64,000 bases of DNA, from NCBI GenBank assembly GCA_963924565.1, contig OZ004611.1:23436001-23500000 (forward strand). Direction: 5' to 3'. Under the pieces are notes generated by a model. It did no database searches and was not told where the DNA came from. It was given only the letters and a program-made list of their open reading frames with translations. Each line of letters begins with the position of its first letter. The stretch's first letter is position 1. This document shows positions 26,301 to 63,708 of this stretch, one piece after another. The position numbers and the translations under genes were made by a program. Origin of the DNA: Ascidiella aspersa (taxonomy: Eukaryota).

Positions 26301-29300
26301 TTTGTATACGCAGGAGGCAAAACGGCAAGGGACGGAGCCTGGCCGTGGATGGTACAAATCACAACAAACAACCAGTATTCGGACTGCGGCGCCACTCTGG
26401 TGTGCTCTGATTGGGTGATAACGGCCGCGCACTGCTTCCTGGATAAAGAGACGTGGTCTATGTAAGTTCAAAGTACAGATGCGTGGCCTCCGGTATAACT
26501 ACTATGTGTTCAGTCGATTTGGATGGCGAGGTTTAGATGCCAGAGCCCTTATTATGAGAGAAAACGACTTGAATTTTTATGACGTTATGTGGCTGTTTTC
26601 TGTGATAAAAGTTTAATAATCGTCGATTTAATTTGGTTTAGGTACGTAACATAGGCGTGATGTTATCTAGAGCAGGGGTCCGCAAATACGGGGTCGCGAC
26701 CCAATTTGGGTCGCGGGACCATTCAGCTTGGGTCGCGAAAGCCTTATTAATAGAGTCCTATATTTTGTTCTTGTTAATAGAGGCCTATATTTTAAGTTTT
26801 CTAATGTTTCCATTAGTACACTGAATTGTATACAAGATAGCCGTCTTACTTTGAGCGCGACTAAAATTGTCACGCGAAATATATACACTAAGCCCCGTAA
26901 AACGTCGTGAGTGTTCGTTCGATCCAGGTGATGGCAAAGAGCGCTTGCATTCCAACACTATTTTGGCCATTACCACCCCAAACTGATCTGCTTACCGCAA
27001 TCTGGCTTTATTTCTTGGTATATGATTTTTAAAAAAACTCTCTTTCATTTTTTTATCCCGTTTCTGTAATCAAAGCGTCGTAAGCACGTTGTTCTCTTCG
27101 TTACATCGTGTCCCAAATCCTTAGATGCGAGCCTTATAATGTTGAGTTTCCTAAATCGATTGCGATGAGACGTCGGGCATTTTTAGTGATTCGCGCAAAA
27201 AAATCATTACACACCTTGCCAGTAATTATTGCACTAAGAAAGCGCAATAGCGGACGTGTGTTGAAGGGGTTATGGCGGGGAATTGGTGGGGCTGCAAGCC
27301 TGCAACCCATATTGGTTGCCAAATCATATTTGTCATCCGAATGAGATATCAAAAGTAGTAAAATTCAAGGCTTCTTTTCAGTTGTGTTACAGAACCCTTT
27401 CTCTTAAAAAACGCATTTTCTCTTTAAAAACGCAACATATAGATCAGTCTTAATGAATAGAAACACAATAAATTACTGTGTTTTTTTAGCAAAGCTATTG
27501 CATTAAAAACAACTCGAAGTAGTTGGGTCGCGAGACCTCGGTACTAGCAATTTTGGGTCCCGCCAAAAAGTATTTGCGGACCCCTGATCTAGAGGAGGCA
27601 GAATATTTTAGAGAAATCAGCATTCAAATACACAAAGGCACAAACGGCAATACACTTATTTCTTGTTTTGCACAGAGCTAAAAAATGGACTGTATATAGT
27701 GTACAAGACTGAGTGAGCACGGCTTATTAGTTAACTGATAGTATTATGACATTTCCCTACTCCCTTGCTGTGTATATAGGCAGGGCACTTTTTCTAAGCT
27801 ACGATGCCATTATTTTTTATTGACGTGTGTCGCGTTTTTTTTAGTTTCTTGATGCAACGAAACCAAACTCATGTACCTTTGCCCCGCAGGCCGGAAAAGG
27901 TGGACAGACTGCTCTATTGGTTCCACCTTGGCAAGTACTGGAAGCACGAACAAGAGGACGGGCGCAGGTCGGAGGTAAGAAACGCAAGCTATCGAGGCAC
28001 GAAAGCAAGGGTGGCCAACCAGTCAGTGCCCAAGAGCACCACTTCTGCTGTGTTAACCGCAAAGTGCCACACCTTACAAATGTACAGAAATAGCTCTAAA
28101 AAGCCGTTTTTTGCTCAGCCTAATTTATTATGAATGTTACTCACCAAAATGATAGTGAAAAAGTTACGAGACATTACTGTCATGTCTATTCTAGTACTTG
28201 GCGGGTCGACTTAACTACAATCTAAAAAAAAAAATTAAAGAGCCGCATAAAACCGATCGAAAAGCCGCGTGTGGCTCGCAAGTCGCGTGTTGGCTACCCC
28301 TGCACTAAAGGGTTTGTTTACGTCGGCATTCGCTGCCATATAACACAACGTGGCGCGTCAAAACAGATCGACGTCGGCGTATATTTACGTTGGCGGCGAA
28401 TGCGTTGCTTGACGCGCAACAGCTGGACCTCGCATCCGCGGCTCGACCCTTGGGTCTTGGCCACGTATAGCTGGCATTTCGCTACCACTATGCTCACGGT
28501 GCTGTGTGAAGGATTTCGTCGCTATCTTTATTGTTACAATCACGGGGGGACCGTTCAGTAACTTTGCGAACCACAGAAAACGATTTTGCAGTTAATGCGA
28601 CTGTTAACCTTCTTTGTAAAGGGTATTTTTCAAGATTTTTCAAAAGTGACTGTCGACTGCTAGTTCGTCCGCCTGTTTTTTTTAGCGTGTAACACAATTT
28701 GGGTGTTTCCATCGTAGTTTAAATATTAATTTTTGTCTGACAACTCAAGACCAATCGGATAGTGTGCAAAAGTATAATGTTTTCTCAATATTCTTTAGCG
28801 TTGAATATTTTCTGTAAAATTACTTTTAAGATCAAAGTCACACCATGGCTAAAATCGGATCAGAACAATACCAACCTAGTATCGAACGGGTCTAGATACG
28901 ACCACTTGGCACCTGGTATCGTACCTCATACTATCGGACACTCCTACATTATAAACCTTGAAAAGTTGTGCAAAAAAAAAAATAATAATACCGCATACCA
29001 CAACGCATATTGTTTGGGTTAGGGTGCGGGTTAGCGTTTGGGTGAGGGTGGGTCAAGTAATATTATGTTTGTTATTAATAATAACTTGACCCACCCTCAA
29101 CCAAACGCTAACCCGCACCCTAACCCAAACAATATGTGTTGTGGTATGCGGCATTTGAAGAAAATTTTTTTTTTATTAATTTTTACGTACAATAGTGAAA
29201 GAGCGCCAAACCTTTTTCTAAAGGCCTATAGAGCAAAGCAGATCATCCTCCACCCCAACTATGATTTCGACACCGACACCAACGACATAGCCCTAGTCAA

Positions 29301-31682
29301 ATTGGACGGCTACGTGAAGAACATCGACAGCATTCGGCCGATCTGCCTTCCCGACTTACTTGACCTAAACGTGAACACCGAGCGCCAAATGAACGCGACC
29401 GAATTCCGACCCAACTTCAATGACACGTGCATCGTGACCGGCTGGGGAGCCACCCGAAGTAAGATCGAATGTTAGGCGGAAAAAAATAAATGTAAAAGGG
29501 GTTCTGAAGCGATTTAAGATTGTTGGCGTTAGTATCGCCGCGCCTTAAAACGTTAGGTTAATTGAATGGTAGAAATTAGCGTTCGTCAGAAACATCGCGC
29601 TACCAGTTTTTAATAAGCTACACGCTGACGTATTATAGTCAGTCATATTTATCTTTTATCACGCAACCTGAATCCATATCATTTTGCCTTATTTTACCAA
29701 AAACAACCGTCTTGCCAATTGGAAGTTAAAAAGACTATGTCAGGCGTAAATTTTTAAACGACAATTTGTCCGGATTAACCAAAATATGGCAACTCATCTC
29801 TCAATTAGATGTCTTGTTTTTTTTTTGTGTTTTTTACCCATATTTTAACAAAACACTTGGTTTACCTGTATAAGAGTGTCATTTTAACGCGTGCATCCTT
29901 AAATATGATTAGGACATTACATGAAACACATTTAAATGACAATCATTGCCTTTAGGAAACGCAGTGAAATACAACGACCATGACCTTTAGATGGACACCT
30001 CAACAGATAGTTGTGACATAATTATGATAAATAAACTTAAACATCGTTAACTTGCAGACGTTGGGCCAACGGCATCGAAACTGAAGGAATTGCGAATGCC
30101 AATGAAACCCGACAAGCAATGCAGCAGCTACAACTCGTACGTTTGGCGGAAGATGATTTGCGCCGGTGGAATTGTCGACAACGATACGTGCAAGGTTTGA
30201 CAACGATACGTAAAAAGAGCGCCATTTTCCAATGTTGTAAACAATTTATTTTAAAATGATGTCCCAGTCAAGTCGTTAGTGAAAAATCTTAAGTCCAAGT
30301 CAAGTCATTTTTGAAAAATAACAAGTCAAGTCCAAGGCATAATTAGAACAAGTTAAAGTCCATTCCTTCTTATAATATTAAACGTTAAACTATTAAAATT
30401 GGTAAATTAGCCCGATTATGAACAATACCCTGTACTAAAAAATCCAAAAATCCAACGTATTGAAAAATGTTTGACGTGCAAATCTTAAGATGGATAACTC
30501 AATTTTATAATGAAAAATGCTTAGCGAAAACACAATATTTCAACCCAAGTCCTTTTTCCAAAAGACTCAAGTCAAGTTGAGTTTGTCCAAAAACTTAGGT
30601 CAAGTCATTTGAAACCAGTGACTTTAAGTGTACTCAAGCCAAGTCATTGACATAAGTCATTACAACACTGCCATTTTGCGTCAGTATTTAAGAAATGTCT
30701 AACAGCATTACTGATTATAATGCTTGGTTCGAATCTTCAACTTTGTTGCATCATCGATTTGGCAAACCTGAGAACTCACAGTTTTTAGTTTCGGGACAAA
30801 ATTACAAGCATTTATTTAATGTCCTTTTTTAGTTCATAAACATCGCGTGATTTGTGCATCCTATATATATGTTGCAAACAACACAACAAACAAGTAAAGT
30901 ATTTAAAAATCTCCAAATATTAGCAGCACCCACTTTAAAGAAATATATCTGGCACAATATATTCTGTATTTATGACTCGGAACGAATTTTTAAATACTTA
31001 TTGACTAAATAAATCAGCATAAGCACAACATACCATTTTACAAAGTCACCATGTATAATAATTAATGAAATGTCTGTCTTAAAAATCCATCTAGCAACTC
31101 ACCGTAGGAATACGATTAAGCGCAGCTTCCATACGTGTTAGTTACAATCAGGGCTGCGGAGGCGGTTAAAAATAACTCGAGTCCGACTCCGGCCAAATGT
31201 GCGATTTTAATGAGTCAAATTAACAGCCTTACCCATTTATGTTTGAACAAACAGCAATATAATTTATCCACCCGCAATACATGCTTGAAAAATTTTCCAC
31301 TATATATTCTATTTCCACTATTTACAGTGTGTGGCATTATCAGTGTTTAAATTCAGTACTGCGCATGCGCACGTCGGACTCGGTACTCGGGTAGTCTTAC
31401 ATGGTCTTCCTCGAGACCCGAGTCGGACCCCTGCAAAACAAACCGACTCCGTCGAGTCCCGAGTCCGACTCCGTAGCTCTCGTTACAATCGTCAAAATTT
31501 CGTTTCAGGGAGACAGCGGCGGCCCCTTTATGTGCAGAAGGAATCGACGTTGGTTCCTAGACGGCGTTACCAGTTTTGGCGACGACTGCGGAACTAAAAA
31601 GCCGGGAGGCTACACGAGAGTCAGTAACTACATCCCGTGGATCCGTCGCTATATTGGATTTAACTGTGGCAAGCCTACGTAA
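17351..31682 (+). CDS. Secreted mosaic trypsin-like (S1A) serine protease: signal peptide-EMI-CUB-TIL-trypsin, about 710 aa
   Basis: Exons 17351-17539, 18358-18521, 19615-19740, 20428-20531, 21059-21224, 23094-23314, 23961-24094, 24592-24787, 25485-25538, 26314-26461, 27890-27974, 29224-29458, 30058-30194, 31509-31682; all GT-AG, phases match, 2133 nt total. Activation site CG...PK-IIGG; triad motifs TAAHC, NDIAL, GDSGGP; D189 (NDTCK). CUB motifs [15 protein letters not shown] and FHSD.S...GF. Confidence 0.9.
23359..23560. mobile_element. MITE of the TAGGGATGTCCGAT family
   Basis: Ends cgggatgtccgata / tatcgggcattccta with internal ccgata/tatcgg units; related copies near 18570, 20650-20712, 28750-28945, 48775-49182, 51123-51390 and 53156-53220. 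Confidence 0.65.
24855..25090 (+). mobile_element. tRNA-derived SINE (tRNA-like head 24855-24930)
   Basis: A box TAGCTCAGTTGG, D arm, anticodon-like arm CGGTC/GGCCG, B box GTTCGAG; acceptor stem does not pair, so not a functional tRNA; followed by about 160 nt of body. Confidence 0.65.
25953..26119. mobile_element. Penelope-type inverted repeat carrying two minimal hammerhead-like motifs
   Basis: Plus arm CTGAAGA-T-GACAC(aacttc)GTGTC-GAAA-CG-TC (26051-26082); mirrored minus arm aTGAAGA-T-GATAC(aggttc)GTATC-GAAA-CA-TC; the two arms are about 70-bp imperfect inverted repeats. Confidence 0.6.
26673..27586. mobile_element. Non-autonomous hAT (Charlie/Buster-type) element, 914 bp
   Basis: Perfect 17-bp TIR CAGGGGTCCGCAAATAC; perfect TSD ATCTAGAG (26665-26672, 27587-27594); subterminal GGGTCGCG repeats. 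Confidence 0.93.
28006..28302. mobile_element. hAT MITE
   Basis: TIRs CAAGGGTGGCCAAC / GTTGGCTACCCCTG; TSD CACGAAAG / CACTAAAG. Confidence 0.8.
28991..29151. repeat. Near-perfect hairpin with telomere-like G-rich arm
   Basis: 67-bp arms (28991-29057 and 29085-29151) with about 2 mismatches and an AT-rich 27-nt spacer. Confidence 0.9.
30230..30670. mobile_element. hAT MITE with (CAAGT)n subterminal repeats
   Basis: TIRs CAATGTTGTAA / TTACAACACTG; TSD CCATTTTC / CCATTTTG. Confidence 0.8.
31149..31481 (+). mobile_element. hAT MITE with GACTC/GAGTC repeats
   Basis: TIRs CAGGGCTGCGGAG / CTCCGTAGCTCTC; perfect TSD GTTACAAT (31141-31148, 31482-31489). Confidence 0.85.
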
Positions 31683-32534
31683 ACTGACCTAGTCTGTTCA
31701 AATGCGCTTAAGCATCGCTTTCCGGATCCAGGCCATTTCCGCGTCCAAAAAAACGCTAAATTTTAACCTGCCAATATTTTTAGAAGCAGATTAAAGAAAG
31801 GCTACTAAATCCTGAGATTTGACTTGTTTTCTTATGTTATGAGATATACTTAATTAAAGTTACTTGTAACAGCCAACTTAACTGCCTAACTAGGCTGAGT
31901 TTTTTCTGCATACCAGCTATACCCGACAAAACAGTTGCAAGTGCTCTTGCCATTTGAAGTTTGTCTTTACCTTATTTTCGCAGCATTTATGTTCCACAGC
32001 GCCACTTTTCGCACTTCCTGGATCTTTTGGTTTTCTGTACATTTTATTTTTTTATAATTATGTGGAGTGCTTGACTTTACTGCTGACAAAATTAAACCAG
32101 TTGTTGAGACTGGAAATATTGTTAAACTACATTACGTTTCAGTATACCTTACAATTTTCACTTCTATCCCAAAATCACAAATACGCTTGATAAATGACTT
32201 AAATTTCTATATTTCCACATTTTAAAGCATTAACTGTAGATGCGTTATGTTTACCCTGTGCATGGCGATTTTTTCTTGTGCCTTTCTTTTCTGCTTTTGT
32301 TAAATACGCCTGGCCATTTTATTGCCAAATAAACGTTGCTATTGCGGCTTAAAATCCAAATAAAAGCTCTTTCTTTAAAGAATGCGCAAGTATTGAAAAT
32401 ATTGTCTTAGTGCATCGTTTTTAAACAACAAAGGTGAGACTAAATCATGCAGTAGTAGGCCTACAATATTATTCGTAAGCCGATAACCAACATTTTGCGA
32501 ATATTTGCGCATTTTTTTGTGGAAACGATACATT

Positions 32535-32785
32535 TTCGAGTCTGACTCGGGACTCGAAGTAAGACTACACGTAAAACTACCAGAATCCCCAGTCCGACGT
32601 GCATATGCGGAGTAGCAGGTTTTTAATCGATAAGGCCGCAAACTGTAAAACGTAAAGGTTGCATGTATTGTGGGTGAATGAATTATTTGACACCCCTATG
32701 AGTGGATCGAACATTTGACCGGGGTCTGACTCTGGTCCATTTATGTGGCCGGAGTAGGGTTATTTTTAACCGACTCCGACATCCA
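32535..32785 (-). mobile_element. Inverted, diverged copy of the 31149-31481 MITE
   Basis: ggccggagt...gttatttttaaccgactccg and gtccgacgtgcatatgcg are reverse complements of segments of 31149-31400. Confidence 0.7.
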
Positions 32786-34489
32786 CTCTTTTAAGCAAGC
32801 GAGCTGTTGACAAAAATGCAACTTTCTTCTCCAATTTAAAAAGAAAATTGGCAAGATACCGTGTTCGCTCTTGTACGTGTAAAGCACAACCCTTTAATAT
32901 ACAAGTGTATTATAAGATGGCACTTAATCGTGACGCAACGACTACGTCACAGTCACTCAGACGGTGACGTCACACAGGCACGCGCGACGAGAAGGTGCGA
33001 GAGAGAGAGAAGAGACCTATGTACAAAACGAGGGGGCGAAAATGTTATGTTTGGAATACCAATCAGGTAGTTTTGCGATTCCAGGTTTGGAACTGCCATC
33101 TGGAAAAATGTGTGACGCTTTTTTGAATTGCCGTTGTTTCAAAAATTTCAACAAAACAATTAAATGAAGGATATACCCCTTACTTAATGTTATTAATTGA
33201 CAATCATTGGTCAGCTGACTAAAGTGAGAAGTTTGTGTAGGAGTACTGATGGCATATTAAGGGCGGGGACCTGCTATATTTCACGCAAACAAAATGGGGG
33301 CCTCAGAGTCATAAATTTTAAGAACCACCACTTTAGAGGCGACGGTCATCAGATGTGTGTGCTTTAGAATAGCTGATTTTTTGCTGCGCCAAATATTAAT
33401 TCCACAATGTCGGATGAGTTTCAGCGAAGTAGAAACTGCCGAGAGTCGATAAAAAGGGGACATTTCTGCGAAGGCAAAAAATCTGATTGCAAAAAATGTA
33501 TCTCAGGTTTGCATGTTGGAAACGCGTTTGTGTGTAACGTTGTGTGCCGCGTCTCTGGACACGGATATGGTAATTTCGCAATAAAAGTGAGACTTCTTTT
33601 TGTTAAAGATTGGTGGCTGGCGTGCTTTAGAGCGCGCTAAGAGGTCTAGTTGTATGGTGCCACGAAATATAGAAAAACAACAAAAACAACTTACATTACA
33701 AAAAACGGGTATACAGCTAAATTTCGCATATAGATGTAGAGAGGGTAAATGACGCAAGACCACGCGGGTCTGCTTTCTAACACGACAAAGAGACAAACGT
33801 ATAAAACGCGAGAAACGCAAAGTGTAAAAAGGCGTAATGGTCAAAAATCGAAAAAGGAAACGGGGTTAAGGCACGTGGTTACGATAAAAAGTGTGGCAAG
33901 GCCTCTACGAATCGGTCATGAAACTTCGATCGGGCAAACGGATAGAACGGCGAAAGCTTGAAAAAAAAGCACAACGCTTGCTTACTGACACACGCACTCA
34001 CACTCACACAGTTCGAAAACAAAAAAAAAACGATTAAAAACTGAATTTCAAACGCTCGATGTTGGTTTCTGTTAAAATCTGATTTGCGCGCAAAATACAT
34101 GCAGGTGTTTTCCACACGATTCGATTGAAATTACATGCGGTACTGGGTTTGTCTTGAAACTGCAAACACAGCGTAAAATCGGTAAGATGTAAAATGAAAG
34201 TCGAGTTTTTATATTGGACAGATAAAAACATGGTAAAACGACGACCGTACCAGTAGAAAATATGTATTGGATATATGATTTGGTAAGCAATTTTGCTATA
34301 TCGTAGCGGTTACACAATCGAAACAATCACCTTAAGGTCACGCGTAATAAAACATCTGCGATCCAAAAAGTTCAGGCAATTGTCACAAAACACAAAAAGC
34401 TAAAATAATGCGCTATGAAAAAAAAACCCAGAAAACAACTGGTTCAACAGACAGCAGAAATCCGGCCGAAACCGGTTCAGAGAAACCGG

Positions 34490-60219
<25,730 letters not shown>

Positions 60220-61624
60220 TGTTCTCGTTTTTGATTGACCTTTTTTTCGAACACAAGCACACAGAAACTATAAGGCCTTAGAAAAGGCACATCCCTAAAA
60301 TATGTACCAAAGGTAAATTAGAGGAACAGTCGCGCTAATTGAATTTGTGCCAAGTGCTGACACTTTGCTTGTGAAAATAGCTTATCAAAGTGCAACCAGA
60401 TACATATCAATAGGTTTACCAATATCTGTCTTCCTATAAAACTTTTCAGACCCCGATTGCATTCCAGTACAATCCCGCACAAATACCTTTGGGGTGAAAT
60501 GTATGCCAGTGATGTCGAAAAATACTGCAGGACTGATAAATTTACAATAAAAAATAGGCTTTTCCAGCATTTATATCGCCAAAATTTGGCGTATGATTTT
60601 ATCAAAAAAAAATTATTCGTGCGAATCTTTGGCAGCCAGACCATAGAATTCAAACTTGCTTCAGACAAGCAACCAAACTAAATACACCAAAGAATTTAAT
60701 ACTCAGCTTAGCTGTACAAGAACCTTCGCTTTACTGACTGAGTTCAGCAGGCTTTTGGCAAGGAAATAAATCCAGAAACAATGCCTTAAATTTTATATGT
60801 GTGATTTTGTAATCATGGTGCAAAATCAAGAAAAAAAAAAAAAGATGGATAGACTAGCATATGTTGTCTAGGTCATAAAATGACAGTCCTACCAAGATAA
60901 ACACAGATAAATTTGTGCTTTTTGTTTTTATAATAATTTCCCGAAAACTATCAAACTCTGGGAAATCAAATTTAATTATATTTGTTTGGGGTTGTACAGG
61001 TCAGACGTCAGAATCTCACTCTTGCACTGAAACTTCTTACGATATTAATCCCCAAACAAACTTCAAAAATGTCAATTTTTTGTAAAATATTATTTTGAAT
61101 TTGTATACCCATTGTTGATTTATAATACCAAACTACAAAACAAGTCGCTCTTTTTTAATGTATTTTCATGTCAGTTTCACGATCATATTCATAGCAAACT
61201 GTACTTCCTATTTGACTAATAAGCTGAGTCAATTACTTTCAATCATGAATAAATGTATGTACCGCAATCTATCAACATTCTGGGTATACGCGTACGAGCT
61301 CATTAAACTACAATTCGTTGACTCTTGACTAGAAACTGCTAACATACCCTGCAGAATATTTTTAAACTTGAAAAAATACGTGTTGTGAAACATCGTACTG
61401 TACACTGATGCAAACTGCTGACTTTTCATTTTCTAACCACCTTTTATGTTCACTAGTTGTAGTTATAAACGCAACACTTGTCACCTAAAATCCCCACTTG
61501 ATGGTTGTTGTGAAATGACGCAAATTTCGAGAAACGATGTACTTCTGAAGCTAGGGTCATAGGTCAAATTGATTTCTATGTCGCAACTACTGTAATAAAG
61601 CAGCTCATTTGAAATGTTACATTT

Positions 61625-61671
61625 GTTTTCGATATTCTGCTATATTTCAAATATAGCAGAATATCGAAAAC
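61625..61671. repeat. Perfect palindrome with 23-bp arms
   Basis: GTTTTCGATATTCTGCTATATTT-C-AAATATAGCAGAATATCGAAAAC. Confidence 0.95.
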
Positions 61672-62316
61672 TGTTAAAACTGACTAATAATAACAAATAT
61701 GCTAATACTTACCGACGTTTATGCACTTGAACGATTACTTTGTTAATATATATGTTCAAAATATTGCCAGTTGCAATCAAGTTCGTGACATTTCTTATAA
61801 ATAAAAGATTTCCTTTGTGGGATGATTTAAACATTATCAAAAATGTATTACCTGACGACCATTGAAAATTGAAAGCGGTCAATCACAAAAGGGGACATTA
61901 TCATTTTGTATTTCTTTTTTTAAAAACGATATAGGCTAATCAAGACTCCCAAACTAGTTAAAAGAGTAAACATTGTTTTCATTAATTAAACGACATTCAT
62001 TATGTGAGCAATTTTCTTCAAAAATAAGGTTGGCGTTAGGGCTAATGCATTACCAATGTACTATATATAGTTCCGAACGAAGCGTATACGCAATTAAAGC
62101 AAAATCCCCCTATACCTAACTAGTTTGAATGTCTGACGTGTTGACGTGTTCTGAACTTGGCGATGTTACAAGTTTGCATGGGTACAGCAGCTCAGCTTGA
62201 GTCTGTCTTAAAAGAAAAAGAAAGTAGCCTACAGCTTCAGAGTTCAACACGTCGTGACTATGTATGATGTCACATCTTGTTTGCGATTTTGTAACGGAAG
62301 CGACGAATAATTACAA

Positions 62317-62590
62317 CAGTGGTGCTTAACCTTTGTAGTAATGGTCTTGATAAGAATCGAACATATTTCACAATACTTTCTTTCAAAAATGGTAAACTTA
62401 TGCCCTGCAATTAATAAAACACTACTAAAATAACCTAATTAGGTAAATATTAAAAAAGTTTTTATCTTTTAAAAGCTTGATACAACATTTACTTTTCAGT
62501 ATTTTAAAAGTATTTCATGTTATCAAAAGTGCCCCGGGAAAAATGTGAATTACCTCTTTGGGTTAATTGCACACAGTTTCAGAACCAGTG
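62317..62590. mobile_element. Degenerate hAT MITE
   Basis: Ends CAGTGGTGCTTAA / TTCAGAACCAGTG; TSD AATTACAA / ATTTACAA. Confidence 0.65.
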
Positions 62591-62636
62591 ATTTACAACA
62601 TTCACAAAAATAAAACAGGAAGCAAAATTGACAGTG

Positions 62637-63708
62637 CTAAGTGACGTAAACGCGTTTGGTGAGGTGCGAGGAGAAGGTCACAGATCGCGGGTTCGAATCC
62701 GGGCGAGGAACGGCGCTGTGGGTCGCGATCCCGCGGCTGTTGATGTCGTCAAAGTCCAGCTCCCGCGACCACTCGTACAGCGCCTTCGCCTCGCCTTCTT
62801 CCGGGTCCGCCGCTTCCGGGTCGGCTTTCCCACTCCTGGACTCGCCAGCGCCACCGGACGGAAGCGGGAAGAGCGTCGATTGGCCAGTTTGAATGCGCGA
62901 TGCGGTGGCGGGATGGGAGAACTTGTCGGCGATCGAGCTCGGCTGGCGAGAAACGGAACTGGTCGGTCGCACGGTGAAGTCATTCGCCTGCGCAGCAAAC
63001 GAGGAAAATTGAGTTTTTGGAAAACAGGGAGTCTTTTGGGTACACTATACATACACGGATCTGTAATGTAGCTTAATAATGAATTGTAAAGCCAAAAAAT
63101 TGACATTAACTGAATATAATACAAGCTCGTATCGCAACGTCTTAATCGACATGATGTCGATCTAATCGACCTTTTTGGTTTTGCAATTCATTACAAGGGA
63201 GTCTCTTTATTCTGAATAACCGCTCAATTTTCTGTCTGGGACATATTAAGGCTGTGGTTTTTAAAATGCCTGAAACAGTCAATTTGTATTACACATAGTT
63301 ATGTAGAAAAGCGGTGGTGTTTGCAATGAGAAAACCGCATCCTTCTTGTTTAAAAAAAACAGGGACACCAATCTCAATTGCAGAAAAATTCTTATAGCAA
63401 CCCAATTAATGTGAAAAACGCGCTGATTTTTTAAATACGGTGCGCCGCAAGCTAAAAAAGTTCAACAACCACTGCGACTGCGTTAAGGCAATAGTCCGGT
63501 AAACCGTCAAAAAAAAAAAATACGAACGTCGGTGGTGGCGGGGCGGTGCTGTTCTTCAGCTGTGTCGGGAAGGCCAAAGACCTTCTTCATTCTGGCTACA
63601 CGTCGGCGCGACTGCACGGAGCGACGTTGTGTTCCGGCCTTGGTGCTAGGGAGACGAGGCGAACGAAACAGTTCCTTCATCTGTGGAAAAGCGCTGCTTG
63701 GCGGCGAC
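62637..63708 (-). CDS. Last two coding exons of an uncharacterised protein, probably CXorf58/C11orf65(MFI) family
   Basis: Exons 63528-63708 and 62637-62987, GT-AG, in frame, GC-rich. Motifs RRSVQSRRRVARMKKVFG and EEGEAKALYEWSRELDFDDI resemble the C-terminus of that family as recalled; not searched. Confidence 0.65.

Noticed and set aside
62628-63124. Additional overlapping ORFs on both strands
   Set aside because: Shadows of one GC-rich terminal exon; only the frame ending at 62637 splices in phase and carries a family-like motif.
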